Notes under the pieces: generated by a model | What the model was told of the DNA's origin: nothing | Database searches by the model: none | What the model saw: only the letters and a program-made list of their open reading frames with translations | DNA from: Strigamia acuminata | Taxonomy: Eukaryota | Assembly (NCBI GenBank): GCA_949358305.1 | Contig: OX442314.1 | Coordinates: forward strand, 3,162,001-3,226,000 | DNA: 64,000 bases | Direction of reading: 5' to 3' | Part shown: in pieces, positions 23,383 to 34,300 of the stretch | How positions within the stretch are numbered: the stretch's first letter is position 1 | Layout of the letters: each line of letters opens with the position of its first letter | Program-made: the position numbers and the translations under genes

Positions 23383-26300
23383 TATGACGGTTTACAATGG
23401 CTATAAATGCCTATTTTCTATCAAGAAAGCGCTGTTGCGCCAATATGATGGTATTTTTACAGTATTCTGTGTAAAACGGATATAATTCCTAAATAAAGCT
23501 ATTTATGAGGTTTCCATGATAAAAGATGATGTATTAATTAGTATTAATAACATTCCTACATGATATCAAGATATCACGACCAAATCACGATGATTCGTCT
23601 ACTAAAACCGCATTTGTCAATGCGCAATGTTGTCGCCAGATGGCGCGATCACGATTTAGCGGTAAATTCAAGATATGAATATAAAACATGTAAATAAATA
23701 TAAAACTATATTTACTAGAACGAAACGAAGCTTTGTGAACATTAATATAAAGATATATTAATGTCTTTTGATGTTAAATACATTATAACTTCCATTTTCT
23801 GCGGGATAGAACATTTGGTGATCAATCGATCAACCGATCGATCTGATTGGTGGATCCATTTCCGGCCCTGGGTATCCAGTTCCGGTTGTGGTGAGAATTA
23901 GCATAATGCTCCTCCGTATCCACTTCCGGTGATACGGGATTGGAGGGATTCGTGGAACCCATGTTCCAATTGGATGACTGGATTAATCCTTAATCCAGTC
24001 AGGTTATATAAACCCAAACAATCGGCCATTCCGCAGCTCTGTTTGATTATTTTCTGTTTGGTATTGTTACTTATGAAATATGATTCGTTGTTCACGTAAA
24101 AAACCTTTTGGTTCTTTGTTGATTTATTCGCAAAGAACCGTTGCATGATTCTACAGAATCATGCCACCGCCGGCAATTGAAGTCGAAGTGCTGGGATTAT
24201 TATGTTGCATAAATGTTACAGTCTACGGTTGCGACGCCGAAGGAGAACCCGCCGTTGTGCAATTCAGTATCCTCCGGACAGGACCAAGTTGTCTTTTTCG
24301 GTATGAACGTATTCCGTTACCACGAGTAGCATCGGTATTGTTGAGAATCGGTTCCTTCACCTGATGGTGCCAAAGCAGTCTGTTTTACAGTAACCACGAG
24401 TAGCACCAAGTGTTTGGCAAGCTGATTCTCATGGTATTCGATGCCAAAGCAGTCGGTCTATTATTAGTACCGCGAGAGATAAAACTGCTGTGCGGAGCCG
24501 TGAGCTATCGACCCCTGTGTACGTGGTACCGTCAACCACTCGATGGACGACCGTGCTGCGACGCCGGGGACGCTTGATACCGTTCTGCATGGCAAGGCGT
24601 ATATTCTAATCGATGGCAATTGTGTGTTGCGACGGGAAGCTTAATCTTCATTTTATTTATAACAGCAAAACTTAAACTCGACAACCAGTTGGACCAAAAT
24701 CAAGTCAGAAGACTTAATCTCATATTGAACTCAATATAACCGATAAGTTGACGACAACTTATTCCCGAAATATCTAAATAAGAATTCACAACGATATGAA
24801 TTAAATATAATTCATAAGCGGAATATTGATAAGTAAATGAATACATTTACTTACACCAATATCCTCCCAAAGTTGTGGCGGTGCAGACAAAGTCAACCGC
24901 AATGCTCAGATCATTCGATTTATCGACGTGCGATAATTTACACAGCGAACCAAGGAAACCAGCGAAGCCATATCGGACTCCAGGACACAGCCATCCGGCT
25001 TAGATGACATCTGTAAACCAGGTCGAGCGATGGGGAAACCGCTCCCTTATCCCAGACACGTAATGATATTATTTTAGGACCAATTGGCCTATGCTTTGTA
25101 TAGTTTAATAGTCAGTTAACTTGCCAAATGTTGGCATTAGTCTTATGTATAATTTAGCTCACTGCATATTGTTTGCCAACAATAAATTGTCTTGTATTTA
25201 TCTCGTATTGTATTCACTGTTATTTATCGCGATCTCTTCCCGGTACCATTGTTAAATGGGAGTTGTGGTCGTCACCGTCACACGTGGAGGTCCCACCGAG
25301 ATTAGGTTGCAATTAAATTCGATTGAATTGCAACAGTGAATATTGGAGATAAATATTTAACTAAAAGATTTAAGTTAAAAATAGACAGATTAAATTCTCA
25401 GTTTATATTTCCATGTGAAGAAGTTAAACTGATGAAATAGAAATACGTAGTAGATTTTCCTTCATTATTTTCGTTTGAAGATTTTAGGGATTTCAAAGAC
25501 TACCACCTAATCTCACACGTGGAGGTCCCACCGAGATTAGGTTGCAATTAAATTCGATAGAATTGTAAAAGTGAATTTTGAGATAAATATTTAACTAAAA
25601 GATTTAGTTAAAAAACAGACCAGTTTCAAACCATGTTTATTTTCTTGAGAAACACCAAAACTGTCCTTTAACTAGGAATTTCGGAAGTTATAGACCTATC
25701 ACACGATCACTGAAATAGGTTGCAAATTAATTCGATCGAATTGCAAAAGCGAATCTTGAATCCGATATTAACAAAAAAATTTTAGTTAAAACAGACAAAT
25801 AGATTTTCAGTTTATATTTTCATGTGAAAAGTTAAACTGACGAAATGGAAACGTTTAGTGAACTCTCTTTACTATTTTCGTTCGACAATTTAAGGAATAC
25901 GAAGTATTTTAAATAAGAAATCAAAAAAAAGTTTCGAGTGAAATAAGAATACAGATATTTTTTTCGAAGTTTGTTTTATTTCGAAAAGCTAAAAACATAC
26001 AAGTTTAGAAGGCGGACTTCTTACGAATTTATCTTTCCACCTGAAAAGTTAAAACGAAGAAAACACCGCAACTATTTGGAAATATTTACAAGAAATTAAG
26101 TTTCTTGTAACTGTACGTCGACACCGATAGCCAGCGACCACGCGCCATAGCAATACGCGTCGATCTCCGTATCAAACGCAGCAGGGAAGCTACTCAAACC
26201 TTCAACGCAAGGTGCGAACGAATGCTTGGAAATTATGGCGGACAACAGATAAAAGACAGCGGAGAAATGTTACAGAAGGTTCGTAGAGATTTATTTAAGT

Positions 26301-29300
26301 GTCGCGAACTAATTTTTCCACTGCCATCGGTACCAAAGATAATTTAGTTGTTGGAGAAAAAACAACACACTCCATTTCGCAGAAAAGATTTGCAAATCGA
26401 AATGAATATTACCTTTATTTGAAGGAATTAACTATTTTCACAAAAAGTACATTTTTTCCTTCGGGACAATGGAAATTAAGAAAATATAAAATGGCGGCGA
26501 ATGAAGTTGCCGACCACATAGAATAGTATTTTTTACATTGAAAGTTACGAATCACGATAAACGCTTTCCCTCGGAAAAGTAAAAGGATTTCATTCAATCT
26601 TTCCTTTCGGAAATTTAACAGTGTTTTAAGTTTCCAACGATATTTGGGTCTCCCAAATTTTGAGAATTTCTAAATGAAATTTAGCTGTTTGAAAAACAAC
26701 GAATATTTTTAGTAATCTAATCGGACATTTTCCCACATGATTTCTTAAAACCGGAATAACAAATCCATTTGTGGCTATGAACTTTGCCACATGAAATATT
26801 TACGGAGCGAATATTTTTTGATTGGATTGAAGCTTTAAAATCAGATAGCTGATTTAAACGAAGAAAATAAGTTTCAAAGTAATTATTTTTCTTTCGGAAA
26901 AATCAAATAAATCACCGCTGATGAAAAGTTGTATTTTTCCATTCGAAAAAACTAAGAATTGCACAAGATTTATCTTCTATTTTGAACATAGATTTTATTC
27001 GGAAAAGGAAAGATTCTAGATACATTATTTTTCTCTAAAAATTAAGAATTTAGTCAATTTTCCTAAAGGTTAATGGAATGTCATCATATATTTCGTTCGT
27101 AATTTACGTGTTAAAGTTTAATCAGAAAAACGATTGAATATGTTTTATTTGCGATAAGTAAAAGAAAGGTTCTTTAAAAATGGAATTTCGATGCAAATCC
27201 CACAGTAAAGGGAATGTTATGTGTGAGCAATTAACGAAAAGTTGGAATAACTTCATTTTATTTCATTCAAAAGTAGTTGTGAAAAATCAATTTCAAATAT
27301 TTTTCAAAGAAAAATTATTTTTATCGGAAAAAAGTAATTTACATGTCCTCGCGCGGACCGAGTAGTAAACTGCTTAATTGTGACATCGATACTGTTATTG
27401 TGTCACGTGTTATACGGAATTCCAAACCAGTGAATTACGAATTTTGGCGCGATAGGAATAGAAGTTTGACAGTGAAAGTTCTCCAGATTTGTCTTTTCAT
27501 TTGAAAAGTTCAAATTGAGGAAATGCTGCAGCAGATGAAGGTATTTACGACAATTGAGATTTAAATATTCTTTCATTCAAAAGATAAAAGATCTCTGCAA
27601 AAACATCTCGTTATTAGAGATAAGGGGGACGAAAATTATTAAAACGAATAATCAAAGACACGTCCTTCGTAAATATCGCAAAGGAATAACTAATTGTGAA
27701 AACAATTGTCCGCTCAGGAAAAGTGGAATTTAGCTAGATATTTTCTTTCGAAAAATCAAAGCAATTGTCATCAAAAAAGAAAGATTTGATGAATAATTTT
27801 TACCCAAAAGTCTAAAGGATTGTCGAATAGTTTTCTCCCGAAAAACAAGTACACATTTGTACCAATAACTTTATCGTTTAAAGTAAAATTTCGAATATTT
27901 TCTTTTGGAAGATTAGAGAATTAGATAATTTTTCTCGCAAAACAAATTTAAAGAATTTTAACGAATTTTTATTTGTTAAAAAAATTTGTTAAAAAAGGGG
28001 GAGATGGATGGTGAAAATTTATTTTTTCACACTCGAAAAATGGAATTTAAACCCGAAAAAGTAAAGACTTGGTCAAATTATTCTTCCTATTGGAAATGAA
28101 TACACAATGTTGGGAATCGAAAATAGATTTCAATTACAAAGGAATGATTATTTGAACGATAATTGAATAAGAATAAGAAAAATTGAGAGTTTGAGAAAAC
28201 TTTATTAAAACTGTGGTTGTAATGATATTACACACTAAACGGAATAATCAAAGAAAAATATTTTTTGAAGAAAAGTTATTTAATTATTTGGATTGGTAAA
28301 AATCCCAAAGTTCAAGAAGATTGAAGTAAGTTTATTTTATTTTCATTTGAAAAATACAATATTTTACGAATGTCTTCCCGAAGGAATTTTATTTTATCGG
28401 TAAAATTGAATCTCGAAGGGAACGGACTTAGTAGAGAACTACTAAATAGATGTAACGTCCTTTATACCATTGGCCGACACTAACATCCGCCAATCAGAAG
28501 TTGGGAGATCTAGGGATCCCCAGCCCCCTGCTATTAAAGGAGGACCAGATCAGATACTGATCATTCGCATCCAGACCAGACCAGAAGACGTGTTCCAGAG
28601 TCATCTTGACCACGCCGTCCCGATTTCAGTCACGATTCGAATTTTGTGTGCCGTGTAACCTGCAAAAGCTAACACGTGTCAAACAAACGCGAAGTTTAAT
28701 TTTATTTTGTCAAAAGTAAAGTTTAGAAGTGTTTCTTGTTGAAAAGTGTATTATATTCGTCTTCTTTATAAATTAAAGAATTAAAATCGTCAGATTTTGA
28801 ATTTTTTTATGGCTCAAAAACCATTGAATATGATCGATCCAAAAGGAAATAATAAGCAGACAAACTTAAATTTAAGTTCTGTACCACTTGGCGATCAAAC
28901 AGAAAAGATTCCCGATCATTTTACTCTGTATTGTAATCGTCATGGACTGGATAAAACCAAGTTTAAAAATATAATCGAAGCTTCAGACTATGTAAAAGCT
29001 AGGAACTGGCGAGATCGTACCCAATCTCAATCTTCACATCAAGATCCAGTACGGAATCCACAAACATACAGCCGAAACTTAGTGAATCAAGATTCTCATA
29101 CTATGTTTCAAACATCCAGTAGGGGATCTAAGTTAGAAAAGTTTAAACCACCTAATTCGGTAGATAAGGGGGAAGAGAATTATAAACCTAATAATTCTCG
29201 TCCAGAGAGTTCGTTAACTAACCAGTCGGTTGTTCAGAACAAATTAAAACTCGTTTACAATCGAGATCAGCTAATTTCAGTTCGATATGCTAATCCAGCT

Positions 29301-32300
29301 GAAGCACAACGATATGTGGCTAGCCTTAATCTGTCGATTAACCTACCGCTATCAAAAGAATTGGGAACCGTAAACAAAAGTTTTGGGCCACCAATATCAA
29401 CGCAAAGGAAAGATATTCGGACTCCAAACAAACATTTGCAGTCAAATAACGTACAACAACGTGCCCGATCGCCGATCACAAACTCATGTTTGCGGACGTA
29501 TGATTTGTCTACCAAGAAGAGTCCCCAGCCAAGACAATTCTACCTAACGCCCATTTCAAATCGAAAAAAGGTCAAGCAAACTTTTCCCTTGAAAAAGTAT
29601 TACCAACACGATAATGAGAATGATTTTAAACCTAAAAAAGAAAGTTTTTTGACTAACCCACGGGAGATCCGGTATCAATTCGAACAGTATTGTAAACAAT
29701 ACCAGTTAAATTCAGCTGAATTTAAAAATATAAACGAAGCGCAACAATTCGTATTTCGAAATCAATACCGTAACCAACGACTAAAACCCGTCCCAGTCGT
29801 CAATCTGACGGAGATACAACAATTTGCGTCTGGAAAGCAACCCTGCAATATCCAGAATAATTCATCTCAACGAGAGGAATTAAGAACTTCAAAAAAGCGT
29901 TTTCGGTCACCAAGTCCAGCTGGTGATGAAGAAACTTCAAGTACAAACCAACATGTTCAAAAACTGACTGAAAACCCAGGTTTCCAATCATCAGTTCCAC
30001 GACTTAGAGTCAAATATAGATCCCCTCGTTTGTTGCGGGATTTCACAATTCCAAATATGGGTCCTTTCCACGTATGGTTTTCCAATGAGGGTCCCATTCA
30101 TGTATGGTTTTCCAGAGATGACCTAAAACAAAAAGTTGGGTCGTCACGGTCATTTACACTGCCAAGTGAGTACACTGTGTGTAACTGCCCAAAGAAAAAA
30201 CGTCGAAAGAAATCAGTACAGCAGGCTGAGAGATCTCGGAAATTTGCAAATATGCGAGCTCAATATTTAGCAAAGAATCATGTTGATTAACATGATATGA
30301 TACACAAAGATTCCCCGATTATAGTGTAAACAGAAAATCCTCTTCTAAAAATCATGACCTCTCTTCTAAAGAAAAGGGGGACAAAATATAAAAGTTAGAA
30401 TTAACAAAATTTTGAAAAGTAATGCTACATTATTAAGACAACTAGTTTAAATTAAAATTAGTCAATTGTACAAAGAATACCAAGTGACTCCGGTCATGAC
30501 AATTAAGGGGGACATTTTGATTCTTAAATTGTCAACTCTTATCATCTAAAAGCTATTTATTGTATATTTATAGCGATACATCTGACTAGGCATATGAAAT
30601 AAATATTTTGTGATAACACAAATGATGATTTTATGTATGACGAAAGTTTCTTCAAAAAGAAGACTTGGAAATAAATTCTGGACTTGAATTTAGGCTATTA
30701 GAAAAGATTATTTCGGCAGAAAATCAGAACTTAGATAATTCAAGTTAGTTTATGTAAACTCAAATTCGAAATTGGAAGTCACGGTATCTCCAAGATACAT
30801 CAAGTCCGAAAAATAGCATTTATGCTAATTAGGAGAATAACGAAAACTCTATAAAATATTATATAGTTGTGTTATTAAGGGGGATGTATGACGGTTTACA
30901 ATGGCTATAAATGCCTATTTTCTATCAAGAAAGCGCTGTTGCGCCAATATGATGGTATTTTTACAGTATTCTGTGTAAAACGGATATAATTCCTAAATAA
31001 AGCTATTTATGAGGTTTCCATGATAAAAGATGATGTATTAATTAGTATTAATAACATTCCTACATGATATCAAGATATCACGACCAAATCACGATGATTC
31101 GTCTACTAAAACCGCATTTGTCAATGCGCAATGTTGTCGCCAGATGGCGCGATCACGATTTAGCGGTAAATTCAAGATATGAATATAAAACATGTAAATA
31201 AATATAAAACTATATTTACTAGAACGAAACGAAGCTTTGTGAACATTAATATAAAGATATATTAATGTCTTTTGATGTTAAATACATTATAACTTCCATT
31301 TTCTGCGGGATAGAACATTTGGTGATCAATCGATCAACCGATCGATCTGATTGGTGGATCCATTTCCGGCCCTGGGTATCCAGTTCCGGTTGTGGTGAGA
31401 ATTAGCATAATGCTCCTCCGTATCCACTTCCGGTGATACGGGATTGGAGGGATTCGTGGAACCCATGTTCCAATTGGATGACTGGATTAATCCTTAATCC
31501 AGTCAGGTTATATAAACCCAAACAATCGGCCATTCCGCAGCTCTGTTTGATTATTTTCTGTTTGGTATTGTTACTTATGAAATATGATTCGTTGTTCACG
31601 TAAAAAACCTTTTGGTTCTTTGTTGATTTATTCGCAAAGAACCGTTGCATGATTCTACAGAATCATGCCACCGCCGGCAATTGAAGTCGAAGTGCTGGGA
31701 TTATTATGTTGCATAAATGTTACAGTCTACGGTTGCGACGCCGAAGGAGAACCCGCCGTTGTGCAATTCAGTATCCTCCGGACAGGACCAAGTTGTCTTT
31801 TTCGGTATGAACGTATTCCGTTACCACGAGTAGCATCGGTATTGTTGAGAATCGGTTCCTTCACCTGATGGTGCCAAAGCAGTCTGTTTTACAGTAACCA
31901 CGAGTAGCACCAAGTGTTTGGCAAGCTGATTCTCATGGTATTCGATGCCAAAGCAGTCGGTCTATTATTAGTACCGCGAGAGATAAAACTGCTGTGCGGA
32001 GCCGCGAGCTATCGACCCCTGTGTACGTGGTACCGTCAACCACTCGATGGACGACCGTGCTGCGACGCCGGGGACGCTTGATACCGTTCTGCATGGCAAG
32101 GCGTATATTCTAATCGATGGCAATTGTGTGTTGCGACGGGAAGCTTAATCTTCATTTTATTTATAACAGCAAAACTTAAACTCGACAACCAGTTGGACCA
32201 AAATCAAGTCAGAAGACTTAATCTCATATTGAACTCAATATAACCGATAAGTTGACGACAACTTATTCCCGAAATATCTAAATAAGAATTCACAACGATA

Positions 32301-32786
32301 TGAATTAAATATAATTCATAAGCGGAATATTGATAAGTAAATGAATACATTTACTTACACCAATATCCTCCCAAAGTTGTGGCGGTGCAGACAAAGTCAA
32401 CCGCAATGCTCAGATCATTCGATTTATCGACGTGCGATAATTTACACAGCGAACCAAGGAAACCAGCGAAGCCATATCGGACTCCAGGACACAGCCATCC
32501 GGCTTAGATGACATCTGTAAACCAGGTCGAGCGATGGGGAAACCGCTCCCTTATCCCAGACACGTAATGATATTATTTTAGGACCAATTGGCCTATGCTT
32601 TGTATAGTTTAATAGTCAGTTAACTTGCCAAATGTTGGCATTAGTCTTATGTATAATTTAGCTCACTGCATATTGTTTGCCAACAATAAATTGTCTTGTA
32701 TTTATCTCGTATTGTATTCACTGTTATTTATCGCGATCTCTTCCCGGTACCATTGTTAAATGGGAGTTGTGGTCGTCACCGTCACA
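23383..32786 (+). mobile_element. Element A copy 3 (complete), nested in the 3' LTR of copy 2
   Basis: LTRs 23383-25282 and 30887-32786; PBS at 25285; TSD ATGT (23379-23382 / 32787-32790); the host LTR resumes exactly after the TSD. Confidence 0.95.
28809..30290 (+). CDS. Element A cargo protein (copy 3)
   Basis: Translation identical to 20901-22382. Confidence 0.75.
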   Translation: MAQKPLNMIDPKGNNKQTNLNLSSVPLGDQTEKIPDHFTLYCNRHGLDKTKFKNIIEASDYVKARNWRDRTQSQSSHQDPVRNPQTYSRNLVNQDSHTMFQTSSRGSKLEKFKPPNSVDKGEENYKPNNSRPESSLTNQSVVQNKLKLVYNRDQLISVRYANPAEAQRYVASLNLSINLPLSKELGTVNKSFGPPISTQRKDIRTPNKHLQSNNVQQRARSPITNSCLRTYDLSTKKSPQPRQFYLTPISNRKKVKQTFPLKKYYQHDNENDFKPKKESFLTNPREIRYQFEQYCKQYQLNSAEFKNINEAQQFVFRNQYRNQRLKPVPVVNLTEIQQFASGKQPCNIQNNSSQREELRTSKKRFRSPSPAGDEETSSTNQHVQKLTENPGFQSSVPRLRVKYRSPRLLRDFTIPNMGPFHVWFSNEGPIHVWFSRDDLKQKVGSSRSFTLPSEYTVCNCPKKKRRKKSVQQAERSRKFANMRAQYLAKNHVD

Positions 32787-34300
32787 ATGTAACTTCCATT
32801 TCTGCGGGACAGAATGTTTAGCGATCAATCGGTCAACCGATCAATCTGATTGGTGGAACCCATTTCCGGTCCTGGGTATCCAGTTCCGGTTGTAACAAGG
32901 ATTAGCATAATTTGCATAAATGCTCCTCCGTATCCACTTCCGGTGATACGGGATTGGAGGGATTCGTGGAACCCATGTTCCAATTGGATAACTGGATTAA
33001 TCCTTAATCCAGTCAGGTTATATAAACCCAAACAACCGGCCATTCTGCAGCTCTGTTTGATTATTTCTGTTTGGTATTGTTACTTAAGAAGTATGATTCG
33101 TTGTTCACGTAAAAAACCTTTTGGTTCTTTGTTGATTTATTCGCAAAGAACCGTTGCATGATTCTACAGAATCATGCCACCGCCGGCAATTGAAGTCGAA
33201 GTGCTGGGATTATTATGTTGCATAAATGTTACAGTCTACGGTTGCGACGCCGAAGGAGAACCCGCCGTTGTGCAATTCAGTATCCTCCGGACAGGACCAA
33301 GTTGTCTTTTTCGGTATGAACGTATTCCGTTACCACGAGTAGCATCGGTATTGTTGAGAATCGGTTCCTTCACCTGATGGTGCCAAAGCAGTCTGTTTTA
33401 CAGTAACCACGAGTAGCACCAAGTGTTTGGCAAGCTGATTCTCATGGTATTCGATGCCAAAGCAGTCGGTCTATTATTAGTACCGCGAGAGATAAAACTG
33501 CTGTGCGGAGCCGCGAGCTATCGACCCCTGTGTACGTGGTACCGTCAACCACTCGATGGACGACCGTGCTGCGACGCCGGGGACGCTTGATACCGTTCTG
33601 CATGGCAAGGCGTATATTCTAATCGATGGCAATTGTGTGTTGCGACGGGAAGCTTAATCTTCATTTTATTTATAACAGCAAAACTTAAACTCGACAACCA
33701 GTTGGACCAAAATCAAGTCAGAAGACTTAATCTCATATTGAACTCAATATAACCGATAAGTTGACGACAACTTATTCCCGAAATATCTAAATAAGAATTC
33801 ACAACGATATGAATTAAATATAATTCATAAGTGGAATATTGATAAGTAAATGAATACATTTACTTACACCAATATCCTCCCAAAGTTGTGGCGGTGCAGA
33901 CAAAGTCAACCGCAATGCTCAGATCATTCGATTTATCGACGTGCGATAGTTTACACAGCGAACCAAGGAAACCAGCGAAGCCGTATCGGACTCCAGGACA
34001 CAGCCATCCGGCTTAAGATGACATCTATAATCAGGTCGAGCGATGGGGAAACCGCTCCCATATTCCAGACCCGTAGTGATATTATTCTAGGGCCAGTTGG
34101 CCAATTCTTTGTATAGTTTAATAGCTGATTTAACTTGCCAAATGTCGGCATTAGTCCTATGTATAATTTAGCTCATCCATATTGTTTGCCAACAATAAAC
34201 TGTCTTGTATTTATCTCGTATTGTATTCACTGTTTATTTATTGCGATCTCTTCCCGGTACCATTGTTAAATGGGAGTTGTGGTCGTCACCGTCACATTTA

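Larger units (their letters stand above)
15466..34296 (+). mobile_element. Element A copy 2 (complete), inserted in the Copia-C integrase; its 3' LTR hosts copy 3
   Basis: 5' LTR 15466-17376; PBS TGGAGGTCCCACCGAGATT 17379-17397; PPT before 22978; 3' LTR split into 22978-23382 and 32791-34296; TSD TTTA (15462-15465 / 34297-34300). Confidence 0.95.

Noticed and set aside
15466..34296. Tandem LTR-int-LTR-int-LTR array or assembly duplication
   Set aside because: The ATGT TSD, the split host LTR and distinct LTR haplotypes show a nested insertion.
34205..34300. N-terminus of the 998-aa ORF as a real LTR-pol fusion protein
   Set aside because: The first 32 codons are element A LTR sequence, in frame by chance and starting at TTG; the true frame continues from 15465.
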